Part shown: positions 18,701 to 26,969 of the stretch, piece by piece | Layout: each line of letters starts with the position of its first letter | How positions within the stretch are numbered: position 1 is the stretch's first letter | NCBI GenBank assembly: GCA_013333495.2 | Contig: JABCOR020000006.1 | Location: 11,021-75,020, forward strand | DNA length: 64,000 nt | Direction: 5' to 3' | Source of the DNA: Candidatus Saccharimonadota bacterium | GTDB lineage: Bacteria; Patescibacteriota; Saccharimonadia; Saccharimonadales; Saccharimonadaceae | The notes under the pieces: generated by a model | What the model was told of the DNA's origin: nothing | What the model saw: the letters and a program-made list of their open reading frames with translations, nothing else | Database searches by the model: none | Position numbers and translations under genes: made by a program

Positions 18701-19057
18701 CCGCACGAGGTCGTCAGCCACGGTCATGTCGGCGCCTTTGTAGAAAAATTGGCTATATTGATTAATAATTTCACTACCAAAACTGTGAAACGTGTGAATG
18801 GCAACGTTATAGGCATCTTTACCGATAATGCTGCTTAGGCGGCGACGCATGGCAGTGGCGCCACTGTCTGTAAAGGTTAAACATAAAATTGACTCAGGCA
18901 GCGTGTCGGTTTTGCGCAAGATATTTGCCACGCGCATACTGAGGAGTTCTGTTTTACCGGTGCCCGGCCCGGCCACCACGAGCACTGGCCCGTCGATGGT
19001 GTCGACTGCTTGTTTTTGGGCTGCGTTTAACGCTGCATAACGAGATGAAAATGTCAT
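15743..19057 (-). CDS. UvrD/PcrA-family SF1 helicase fused to a C-terminal PD-(D/E)xK (RecB/AddA-like) nuclease (1104 aa)
   Basis: Track ORF trimmed to MTFSSRYAALNAAQKQAV.. Walker A AGPGTGKT, motif II DEFQDTN, C-terminal LDAVDID..ITDYKTGK nuclease motif. Confidence 0.88.
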   Translation of the reverse strand: MTFSSRYAALNAAQKQAVDTIDGPVLVVAGPGTGKTELLSMRVANILRKTDTLPESILCLTFTDSGATAMRRRLSSIIGKDAYNVAIHTFHSFGSEIINQYSQFFYKGADMTVADDLVRQQLLEDLLKHLPHDAGLRAKGPQGEFIYLHPVLQRISQLKRSGISPAELTAVLDENEQFFDTYQPAFTQVFAGRISKKTATALYDLFTEQAQNLQKPGPASQAIGGMPLGTLLHNDILRALHAYEESGKTTAITAFKNKWLEKNAAGDFVFKQARQLPNLRELAEVYAGYLAAMQAARHFDFDDMILDVVQALTTNPELRYNLEEQYHYILVDEFQDTNPAQMRILQALTSSPLHEGRPNIMAVGDDDQAIYSFQGADISNILSFESLYPSAQIITLTDNYRSAAPILAHAREVITQNSERLEATHHGINKQLTPHRPEQGAQVALHAYPDEGAEYTAVAERIADLLAKGTSPSDIAVIGRHHKQLKALLPYLAAKQIRVRYERRDNVLEQEPIQQLLLLGETLQAIASGNLPAADEYLSQIITHPAWRPLFTPESIWQLARHAYQNKQPWIEAMAGEPIFAPFRTWLLELATASLHAPLELTIDTLLGTPEDLAPASAPKLADFSSPLHHYFFTGTSQPEELAAHIAGLRTIRESAKTYAGNETATLASLLSFARAYRAAGLSLQRVSAAGDVTGVQLLSAHKSKGLEFDHVIIISADNTTWGRAAGGGSKLPLPPNVPIRDNDGTPEEWVRLFFVGMTRAKQDLLITYSQQSLTGKDLSPAAFLTATSLEEQLISSNSQQPSSALQADMQAWYAPIVQLPQPTMREFLQYRLDHFALSATALNTYLDISRGGPANFLLYNLLGFPRRWHAAAEYGTAVHATIKQAHTYFIAHGTPQPLAESLHFFTATLQRSPLRGEELETLLAQGQAELSTFLPHLETTFTPHQKTELSFAHQQCYIGNARLTGTLDAVDIDTKQKTLIITDYKTGKPVTAWKGGKNHNALKLHAYRRQLLFYTLLAGSSRDYHSFTVQQAQLRFIRQTPEGEFATLATQFTEEELARGKALIQAVWQAIFAADFTQPEHAKATLASVIAFEDELIARYPAA

Positions 19058-19145
19058 ATGTATAGTATAGCGCATCTGCCGCTGCTTTGCTTGGCTGCCG
19101 CGCGTGCGGCTAGATTTTACCATAAGCGTATTGTAAAATAGTGGC

Positions 19146-19682
19146 ATGAGTGATGGTCTTTTTAGCCCGAGCACACTAGCCAAGCAAGTCGCTGGGTACT
19201 TTGGGGTGGAGATGAGCATCGAGCGGATCATTGCTAATACAATTAGCGTCAGCCGAACCGCCAAGGCGACTGTGTTTACCAATGCACACAAAGAATTATA
19301 CGTGTTTATCGCTGGTCCAATGCACCTAACCTACGCTGATATGCGCAAGATGGTACTACATATGAATTTGGTGCCGGTCGATGCGCTACCCCCTGCCGGG
19401 CAGTCTGATTATTTCGAGCAGTATGGTGAAACTCGGTTCCAAGAGGTTTTTCCGGGGCGCAGTTCAGTGTCACCAGCGGATATTCGCTACTATAAAACAT
19501 TAGCGCCATACAATCCTGCCCTATGGCGAATTGATGAGGTACGCGATGGTGAAATTTACGAATGGGACCCAGACTCATCGACGAGCTGGCGGCTAGCGGT
19601 CAAGTATTTTTATCAGCATGGCTTGACGCGAGATAGCGTTGTTATCCCTCATCGTAATGCAGTAAGCCGCAAAAACAAGTAG
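19146..19682 (+). CDS. hypothetical protein (178 aa), divergent from the helicase
   Basis: Track ORF. TAAAAT 6 nt upstream of the ATG and no SD. No domain recognised. Confidence 0.55.
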   Translation: MSDGLFSPSTLAKQVAGYFGVEMSIERIIANTISVSRTAKATVFTNAHKELYVFIAGPMHLTYADMRKMVLHMNLVPVDALPPAGQSDYFEQYGETRFQEVFPGRSSVSPADIRYYKTLAPYNPALWRIDEVRDGEIYEWDPDSSTSWRLAVKYFYQHGLTRDSVVIPHRNAVSRKNK

Positions 19683-19730
19683 CGCCACTGCATGTTAGCG
19701 GCGCCGGTATTAGCTCAGCTGTTATGTATG

Positions 19731-21050
19731 TTACAAAATTGTATCGAGCACTACGAGGTGTTCAATGTGAGGCGTGCGCGGAAAATAGTTGTATCCCTGG
19801 TGAGCACGAATACCATAGCGTTCACTTAGGCGCATAATGTCTCGCGCTTGAGTGACTGGGTTGCACGAAAGGTAAATAATACGCTTTGGTCTACTGGCTA
19901 GTAGTTGTCGCACCACATCCTCATGAAGCCCTGCTCGTGGTGGGTCGACGATTACTGTCGCTTCTGGAGCAATGACATCTAACGCCTGTTCACTGGCAGC
20001 TAGTATGGCACGAGCGCTTTGTTGCCGACCGAGTTGCACAATATTGGCCTGCATCTCTTGCACGGCAGCCTCGTTTATCTCCACCAGCGTGAGCGGTCGG
20101 TCCCCTGCTACGCTCAGCCCAATAGTGCCGACGCCGCTGTATAAATCAACGACCGGTGTATCTTCTGGCAGCCAACTGGCAATATCACGCAGTGTGCGTT
20201 CATACAGCGGCAAGTTTATTTGGAAAAAGCTTTCGGTAGCGTAACGATATGTAACACCTAGTAGCGAATCAGCCAAGGGGGTCGGCGTAGCAGACAAGCG
20301 GCGGGTGATAACACTGGCTGGAGATTTAGGATTAGAATAGATAAGTTCTCCCTGCACGTTGCCAGTTTGCCACTGCTTCGGCAGCGCCGCAAAGAAGTCA
20401 GCTACTGGAAAGCTTTCGTCTTTTACGTACAGCTGCCACCTGGCTTCACCTGCCCTGTTGGTGCGGATGAGTAACGTTTTTAGTGCTCTTCCGCCAATGC
20501 CTAGCTGGTTAAGCGTGTGCACAACCGCTGCTCCCAGCTGGTTAGTTAAATTATTTGCGAGACTTGTGCCCTGCACGGGGATTTTTCCATGACTGCCCCG
20601 CCGGAAAAATGCTAGGTCAAGCCGCTCAGATGCTGTATCAAACCAAAAACTAAACTCCACCTTATTGCGGTAGCCATACATGTTGCCATCACTATAGACC
20701 GTAATAGGTTTTGGCAGCACAATGTCGTGCAGTTCAAAAGCCTCTTCTAATAGCGCCGCTTTGTAGTGGGCCTCAGCTTCTGGCGACATAATTTGCCATG
20801 GGCTGGTAGATATATAACTTTCAGGGTCTTGCGGCGCGGTGCGCTCTGGGCTTGCCGTGTGAACTGTGGTGGCTATTCCTTCACTGTAGTGTGATTTGCG
20901 TTTTGTCTCTTGCACATCGACGATTTCTCCAGGCAGTGCGCCCCATAGGAATAATTTGCGGCCATCTGGCAATGTGGCCAATGTTTGGCCGCCACCTACG
21001 ACTACTTCTGTTCGGACATCGGTAAATACACGCTGTTTTTTCTTGCTCAT
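19731..21050 (-). CDS. rlmD: 23S rRNA (uracil-C5)-methyltransferase, RlmD/TrmA family
   Basis: N-terminal TRAM-like domain, SAM motif DLYSGVGTIGL, catalytic YLSCNP. Trimmed to MSKKKQ. Confidence 0.85.
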   Translation of the reverse strand: MSKKKQRVFTDVRTEVVVGGGQTLATLPDGRKLFLWGALPGEIVDVQETKRKSHYSEGIATTVHTASPERTAPQDPESYISTSPWQIMSPEAEAHYKAALLEEAFELHDIVLPKPITVYSDGNMYGYRNKVEFSFWFDTASERLDLAFFRRGSHGKIPVQGTSLANNLTNQLGAAVVHTLNQLGIGGRALKTLLIRTNRAGEARWQLYVKDESFPVADFFAALPKQWQTGNVQGELIYSNPKSPASVITRRLSATPTPLADSLLGVTYRYATESFFQINLPLYERTLRDIASWLPEDTPVVDLYSGVGTIGLSVAGDRPLTLVEINEAAVQEMQANIVQLGRQQSARAILAASEQALDVIAPEATVIVDPPRAGLHEDVVRQLLASRPKRIIYLSCNPVTQARDIMRLSERYGIRAHQGYNYFPRTPHIEHLVVLDTIL

Positions 21051-21161
21051 ATGATGTAAGTATAGCAAATATACTAGGGCGCCATAAAGAAAAAAGCCCG
21101 AGTACTTCAGGCAAGCAGCTTTCTTGTCTCAAGCGGCTCGAGCCTTTTTCTTCGGGGGTAC

Positions 21162-21737
21162 CTACGGCGAGGTAGTATCATTGATTGCTTGGTTTATGAA
21201 GACAATGTCTTCAAGATTAGCGTTCTCTATCTCCGATTCAGATTGGAGGATTTTGAATTCGTCATCAATAGCATGACAGCTACCAATAAAATATTGCCTT
21301 ACTACTTGGTAAAGCGTATCATCCATAGCTCGATTGTTATTTATGATGACGATATACGGGCTGTTCTCAAACTTATACATCACGCCGAGTGGTACGCGGC
21401 GCAGCCTATTGGTTTCGTCATCTTTTTCAAGGCCAACTAGTATGACAACTCGGCGCGCTAACCGCACCTCGTTATCCTTTACTGGGTCCATCGAACCCGG
21501 GTAGTCAAGCTCCAGGGGAGGCACGGTATTTCGTGCAATGGTAGCCAGATACGTATTCTTGATTAAATTGATCTTATCGGCCTTATGTCCCCATTCTATG
21601 TTAGTGACGTCCCACGAAGGAAACGCTTCAACAGATATAGCGCCCGTGAATATGGCGTGATGCTCTGCTGAAAGTATATCAAGAACAGCCTCATGCGATA
21701 ATACGGACTTCGTGGATCGCTCTACATGGTTGGTCAT
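21162..21737 (-). CDS. orphan protein P7 (191 aa)
   Basis: Trimmed to MTNHVERS with GGAAGAAGG RBS. Own extended -10 TGGTATATT and a 5' hairpin upstream. Visibly AT-rich. Confidence 0.6.
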   Translation of the reverse strand: MTNHVERSTKSVLSHEAVLDILSAEHHAIFTGAISVEAFPSWDVTNIEWGHKADKINLIKNTYLATIARNTVPPLELDYPGSMDPVKDNEVRLARRVVILVGLEKDDETNRLRRVPLGVMYKFENSPYIVIINNNRAMDDTLYQVVRQYFIGSCHAIDDEFKILQSESEIENANLEDIVFINQAINDTTSP

Positions 21738-21940
21738 GGTCAAAACCTTCTTCCTATCTCGTCTGTGTAGGTGCAATATCTTTATGGCAAAGATACCTAT
21801 CTAATAATATACCATAGTTTTTAGTAAATGTAAAACAAAAAGAAAGAAGGCCCCTATAAAAGAGACGAGCTAACTTGGTGAGTTATACTCAAAGCCTTCT
21901 TTTTTGTGGGGCCTTTACGCTGAAAGGCGGATGAATGCGG

Positions 21941-22399
21941 TTACCACGGCTTTTGCATGAACCGGTCGGTTTTTTCTGCGACCTTTTCCGTGATCATCTC
22001 ATTACGAATATCGTCGTAGAGATCAGGCATTTCAGCCAAGATCACGCTACCGGCTTCAGTGTTGGACACCATCCAGATGCTACTGTTGCGCAGACGAATC
22101 ATAACAAACGCAACTGCAGACACTTGCTCGGCCGTACGCCCGGAGACACGAACTAGCACCATGTCGTCGATTTCTTCAGTCGGGATTTCCCCAAAGTGCT
22201 GAAGTACTTGCTGGGCGATATCCTTATTGGTTTCGTGATCGGCGTCACTGAACGTGGCAGCTTGGTCGGCGGAGGACGTCCACTCAACTGCATCCAGCTC
22301 GCCTGCATCATCATACCACAGAGCAGTTACCTGAATCGTCAGTTTTGAGCTGTCTGCCAGACGAGTAGGATTGTTGAGAGAGGTAACGGAGTTCGACAT
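21941..22399 (-). CDS. orphan acidic protein P6 (152 aa)
   Basis: Trimmed to MSNSVTS with AAAGGTGAG RBS. Asp/Glu-rich. Confidence 0.6.
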   Translation of the reverse strand: MSNSVTSLNNPTRLADSSKLTIQVTALWYDDAGELDAVEWTSSADQAATFSDADHETNKDIAQQVLQHFGEIPTEEIDDMVLVRVSGRTAEQVSAVAFVMIRLRNSSIWMVSNTEAGSVILAEMPDLYDDIRNEMITEKVAEKTDRFMQKPW

Positions 22400-22625
22400 T
22401 GCGATCTCACCTTTCAAACTTGGGTTTCGCACACTGTGTGCAAAACGGGTCAAATGTACACTTAACTGCTGTCAGTTAAGTATGCTTAAATGTTACCACA
22501 TAACGTAATAATTGTCAATCATACTGCAAAAGAAAAACCCCAGCTAGGGGCGAAGTGGTCACGGCGCACACATGTGTGCTGCTATAACCACCTCAAGCCA
22601 TTAGCTGGGGTGAAATGTCATAGCT

Positions 22626-23432
22626 CTAATTGGCAGTAAGAGCGATGACAAATGGTTTAGTTTCACTACACATATACTGTAGAGCTGATTCCTCCTTCGT
22701 GGATATGGGCGCCTGCGGATCAGGGTTCAGATATAACAGAAGCCCGGTCGGCTTATGCAGCGGCGCGCTACTTATGTCGGTAGAGTTTTGCTGCGAGCGT
22801 AGTATCTGCTGCTCAATCTCAGGGAAAATAGAGCTATCTTCCAAATCTACTTCCCTGCTAATCATGGTGATATTAAACTGATCGTAATCAGCCCGAGCTT
22901 CCTCTCCTGAATGAATGGTTTTATCATCCAGACGAGTGGATAGCGCCATGAGCAGACCATGTAAGAGCTCTGACCGTACCTTGTCTTCTCCTGGGTTATA
23001 GACAGTGAGTACATAAAACAGTAGGTTTAGTACTGCACTAGCACTTGCTCGCCGGTCGGCTCGCAGATCACTGACGACAGCCTGTAGCCCCTCGTTTGGT
23101 TTTGGCAGCTTTGCTATCTTTTGCTCGATAACTTGCTTTAGTAGAGGCAAAGAAGACTGGTAGCGCATTAGCCACTGATTCAGTGGTAACTCTACGAGCG
23201 TATCTGCAGGGTCTAGTGCGCCTGCTAGCTTTTCTTGTACTTCTGGCAGTGATAGTTCATTGTCAGGGCCCGAAAACTGATCGATAGAATCTGTAATGGC
23301 ACTGAACTTTTCTTGTACTTCGCCCAAGGTGGGGTCACTGCCGCTAGCATTTGGTGGGTTAATCCCATGCGGATCGCTCTTGTTCAGTGCTTGTTGAATA
23401 GATTCCAGGTCAGGAGTTTCGTTGGTAGCCAA
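22626..23432 (-). CDS. orphan acidic protein P5 (268 aa), TTG start
   Basis: AAAGGAG 6 nt upstream of TTG. Internal repeat LGEVQEKF / LPEVQEKL. 34 nt downstream of P4, so likely co-transcribed. Confidence 0.6.
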   Translation of the reverse strand: MATNETPDLESIQQALNKSDPHGINPPNASGSDPTLGEVQEKFSAITDSIDQFSGPDNELSLPEVQEKLAGALDPADTLVELPLNQWLMRYQSSLPLLKQVIEQKIAKLPKPNEGLQAVVSDLRADRRASASAVLNLLFYVLTVYNPGEDKVRSELLHGLLMALSTRLDDKTIHSGEEARADYDQFNITMISREVDLEDSSIFPEIEQQILRSQQNSTDISSAPLHKPTGLLLYLNPDPQAPISTKEESALQYMCSETKPFVIALTAN

Positions 23433-23466
23433 TGTGGCTCCTTTCTTTTGAGGCGCCGTAGCAAAA

Positions 23467-24204
23467 CTACAACGCTATATGAACAGACGGTAGTGGTACG
23501 CCACCATGGTATAACTGCACAGTAGCATTACCTTCATTGTTTGCGTTTGAGAAGGCCTTCACTATTTGCCTCATGCGCGTAAATGGCATTTGTGATGTCA
23601 GCTGTAAGGCTGATACGTCAATGTTGTGCACAATATACGATGGCCTATCCACTTCTTGGTAATAGCTCGTTGCCAGTTCACCAAGCATCAGGCTACTAGG
23701 TAGCGTTAATGCCGGGCGCGAGTCACTGCTTGCCACAAGAGACGAGGACACATACAGTGGTGCACTCGTATCGTGCGTTACCGGGGCCACCGATAGTAGC
23801 ACTAGCTTGCGTAGACTCTTGCTTGGCAGCTCTGCTGTAGTTATGGACAGCTTAGCTGCACCTCGCAGCCACTGAAACGCAACGTGTGGATCGGCAAGAA
23901 GCTGCCGAGCGAGTACCCCGTTAAACGCTTCAGTGTATATCTCTGAGTAGGTATCCATTAGCTTGGACAAGACGGACTCAAAGAGCTCTTTACTACTATA
24001 ATCAAACGGACCATTTTGTGTATTTTCTACCACTGGCTGTGATAGATGAACAAAAGGTGTCGTATAGATATGTATATCCTTTGTGGATAACTCTGGTGAC
24101 GCTGGCCAGTACGCTAATACCTCCGTTAAGGTGGAAGCATAGGCTTTTGGCGCAGAACAGCCATCTAGTAGGAGCTTTCTCGTGAGGTGTGAGGTTAGGC
24201 TCAC
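23467..24204 (-). CDS. orphan protein P4 (245 aa), GTG start
   Basis: AAAGGAG upstream of GTG. Extended -10 TGtTACAAT at 24286-24294. Confidence 0.6.
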   Translation of the reverse strand: MSLTSHLTRKLLLDGCSAPKAYASTLTEVLAYWPASPELSTKDIHIYTTPFVHLSQPVVENTQNGPFDYSSKELFESVLSKLMDTYSEIYTEAFNGVLARQLLADPHVAFQWLRGAAKLSITTAELPSKSLRKLVLLSVAPVTHDTSAPLYVSSSLVASSDSRPALTLPSSLMLGELATSYYQEVDRPSYIVHNIDVSALQLTSQMPFTRMRQIVKAFSNANNEGNATVQLYHGGVPLPSVHIAL

Positions 24205-24307
24205 AAATCTCCTTTCTGCAGTATATGGATATGTGAAAGATCACTATGCGGCGGCTAGGGACGCCACTCGGGCATAGTCCTATTCATTGTAACAAAAAAT
24301 GTTCTAA

Positions 24308-24345
24308 AAAAAGAAGCCCCACAGTTAAGGGAGCTTCTTTTTATA
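24308..24345 (-). terminator. Bidirectional-looking terminator ending the P3 unit
   Basis: AAAAAAGAAGC...GCTTCTTTTT hairpin flanked by A and T tracts. Confidence 0.65.
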
Positions 24346-24436
24346 TGCACACAATATGTAGCACAAAAGCTCAACCTACTAGTGGGGCAAGTAGCTATGC
24401 ATTTACAATAGAAGTGCAGTTAGGTAACTGTGCCGA

Positions 24437-24571
24437 TTATGGGCGACGGTTACCACCCGGGGAGCCTAAACTCCATTTGTCGTCTCCGGGTTGGGTGGTG
24501 ATGTCAGCTGCAGAAGATTGTTCTGTAGCTTCATCGTTAAATTCTGCATTATTCGCTGATTTGTTGGCCAT
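24437..24571 (-). CDS. candidate 44-aa hydrophilic micro-protein downstream of P3
   Basis: Not in the track. AGGAG 6 nt upstream of the ATG at 24571, 29 nt after the P3 stop. MANKSANNAEFNDEATEQSSAADITTQPGDDKWSLGSPGGNRRP. Confidence 0.4.
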   Translation of the reverse strand: MANKSANNAEFNDEATEQSSAADITTQPGDDKWSLGSPGGNRRP

Positions 24572-24600
24572 GATAATCTCCTAACGTAAAAGTGAAACAT

Positions 24601-25572
24601 CTACCTGCTCGTAGCGTTGACGTAGAGCGTTTCAATATTCTGTGAAACCTTTGCTTGCTTAAGGAGCTGAGCAATGGTATCGTCGTCGTGCACACGATAA
24701 GTGCTAAATAGGCAGGAGCGATGCACCCGCCCAAACCGCAATAACGATTCCATAGAAACGCCAGCGGGTCCAAAGCCGTCCGCAAGCAGCATCATGAGCG
24801 TGAGATTGTTCACGCCATCAATGCGCTTGAGACTGAGCTCTTGATGGTGGGGCTCAGCGCAATCTTCTATCAGTTCCCGATACCGGCGGGCAACCGTAAG
24901 TAGCTGACGCACTTCATTATCTCCAGACATAAACCCCTCTTGGCCGCTCATGCGGCGCTTGGGAGCTACCGGCACAATGAGGTGTGGCAATACCAGGGGG
25001 TCGTTCTTCTTGCTAGACTTCTTCTCTACGAAGACGATAAACCCTAGTAGCGTCGCCTGATCTAGGCGCTGCGCCATCGAGTTGATCTCGATGCTTTGCT
25101 CTGAGCCAAACGAGCTCTGCTTACTGCTGGGCGCATGCCCAACAGCTGAGCTTGAATGGGTTTCGTAGTATGCTCTTATCTCGCAGCCATCAGGGTAAAA
25201 CTGATCATTAAATGCCCTGTAGATGTAGTTGCATACTGCTTCCTCAAAGCAAACCGGGTCAACACGGCCCACCTTACACTGGTTTTCTAGCTGATCAAGC
25301 TTTGGATTGCCGTGAGGCGGCTTTATGAGCGAGATAAGCTTACAGATATTTGCCAGTGGCAGTTTACCGATCTCACATGAAGCAATACTTGTGTTTTGCA
25401 CATTTGCTTGCTCACGCCTCTGCGCCCAAAGCACATACCGTAGCTTTTCTAAGCCGGAGGTATCGCTGCTTGCCCGACGGCAAAACGCCTCCTGCGTATC
25501 AACTGGCATGCCAGCCTCTTCACGGTAAGAAGAGTAATCTGAGCGGGCCTGTTCTAGCATAGTGACGGTCAT
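24601..25572 (-). CDS. orphan protein P3 (323 aa)
   Basis: Track ORF trimmed to MTVTMLEQ (alternative ATG at 25560). No NTPase or nuclease motif recognised. Confidence 0.6.
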   Translation of the reverse strand: MTVTMLEQARSDYSSYREEAGMPVDTQEAFCRRASSDTSGLEKLRYVLWAQRREQANVQNTSIASCEIGKLPLANICKLISLIKPPHGNPKLDQLENQCKVGRVDPVCFEEAVCNYIYRAFNDQFYPDGCEIRAYYETHSSSAVGHAPSSKQSSFGSEQSIEINSMAQRLDQATLLGFIVFVEKKSSKKNDPLVLPHLIVPVAPKRRMSGQEGFMSGDNEVRQLLTVARRYRELIEDCAEPHHQELSLKRIDGVNNLTLMMLLADGFGPAGVSMESLLRFGRVHRSCLFSTYRVHDDDTIAQLLKQAKVSQNIETLYVNATSR

Positions 25573-25746
25573 GGTAAAAATCACCAAACTTTCATAATTG
25601 TAAACGTATACTGTCAAAGAGCATGCCATAGCTGGTTGCTATAGCAGCAATGTAGGCTAAAAGCCACATATCACCATATGTGATAATAACTACAATACCA
25701 TAGCATAGGTGGTAGCACAAGAATGATCTATACTACTGGTTATGAT

Positions 25747-25808
25747 AAAACCCCCATGCCAGCGCAGGCTAACATGGGGGTTGTCATTGGTTCTATGTGA
25801 GAACCAAT
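25747..25808 (-). terminator. Tandem hairpins terminating P2
   Basis: ATTGGTTCT-ATGTG-AGAACCAAT (25786-25808), then CCCCCAT...ATGGGGG (25750-25780) followed on the minus strand by TTTTAT. Confidence 0.65.
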
Positions 25809-25836
25809 ATGCTGCTACGCACGGTGGCGGTGGGCG

Positions 25837-26652
25837 CTATGCTGCCTGATTACGCTGCTGCTGGTTTGCTGCAACGCGCTGCCAGTACCCTTCTTCCCGC
25901 TCGAGTAGATCTTGAGACAGGTTATCAATGCTTGCCTTGAGGTTTTCTGGCTGTTGCCGTGTAAACTTACCACGGTACTTGGGGTTCGTATCATCTGGGG
26001 TATGGAATCCAAAGTGTCGCATAACCGTAACAACTCCCTGGCCGCCCTGCTTGTTGGACAGTGCTTCAAGGAGCTCCTTGCGCAGGTAGATAATTTCACC
26101 TTTGCTCTCCTCTGGAATAGCATTGCTGCTGATGGTGGCGGCAATTAGTACCACCAGGTCGAACAGGCTCTGCAGCTGGTTCTGGATGGGCAGAATCTCT
26201 AGTGCTCCGCCTTTCCGCTTTTGGTTGACGATACCGAGCAAAACAGTCTGCTCATCGGTCACCTTTTCGGTAATGAGCCAAACCTCACCGCCTGAGAATC
26301 CCGCGATATCATCAGTAGGTTCTGGATCGTGGTCATCCTTGGATGTTACCAGGTAGACCGCTTCACGAATGGCATTAACGCCAAGTTCAACCGCTTGGGT
26401 GTTTTTGGTGGCATCAAGGCCTAGCAGAGTGCCGATATAGCCCTCTGCTTCGTAGGTTACACCTGCGTTGAGCGACAGTATCGCCTTCACCCACTGCTGT
26501 GATTTTTTAACCGACAAATGCTTGCGCATACGGCCGATCTTGATGACAGACATGCGTTCATTATTTTCCGGATCCAAGCGCTCGCTAGGGAGCTTCTGGC
26601 CGGCAAGAGCGATCTCGTTCTGAGCCAAGGTAGCAGCAGTAGTGTTTGACAT
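25837..26652 (-). CDS. orphan protein P2 (271 aa)
   Basis: Trimmed to MSNTTAATLAQ with TGGAG RBS. 318-nt upstream untranslated region. Confidence 0.6.
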   Translation of the reverse strand: MSNTTAATLAQNEIALAGQKLPSERLDPENNERMSVIKIGRMRKHLSVKKSQQWVKAILSLNAGVTYEAEGYIGTLLGLDATKNTQAVELGVNAIREAVYLVTSKDDHDPEPTDDIAGFSGGEVWLITEKVTDEQTVLLGIVNQKRKGGALEILPIQNQLQSLFDLVVLIAATISSNAIPEESKGEIIYLRKELLEALSNKQGGQGVVTVMRHFGFHTPDDTNPKYRGKFTRQQPENLKASIDNLSQDLLEREEGYWQRVAANQQQRNQAA

Positions 26653-26969
26653 AATCAAACTCCAATCTGTAGAGTAGTAGCAATAAAAAATTGGTTCAAT
26701 CACATTATCAATGTACGGTTGATGGGGGCGCCGTTAGGACGCTACGACCAAGAGACATATGAACATATAATTGAACCGCCGAAGCGATACGAGTAGCTTA
26801 CTGTTGTAAGTTTGTCATATGTCGGTGAATGAATAATACCAGAAACTATACTGGAGTGCAAGGGCTAAAAGAAAAAGCCCCCTTAGGAGCTCACCTTATC
26901 AGTGTGCTTGTGGCACAAGATAAAGGAGCATCCTAAGGGGTGATAGATAGTAGGAGCATAGCGGGTGAC

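Noticed and set aside
15743-19291. Long N-terminal extensions of track ORFs: helicase to 19291, 142..1068, 2058..2726, 2422..2856, 2564..2953, 25837..26703, 49081 and others
   Set aside because: The conserved protein N-termini and RBS or -10 signals coincide with internal start codons. The extensions run through promoters, terminators or neighbouring genes.
24246-24584. 112-aa plus-strand ORF in the P3-P4 spacer
   Set aside because: It reads through a strong bidirectional terminator hairpin, lacks an RBS and has an implausible composition. The minus-strand 44-aa ORF with AGGAG explains the spacer better.
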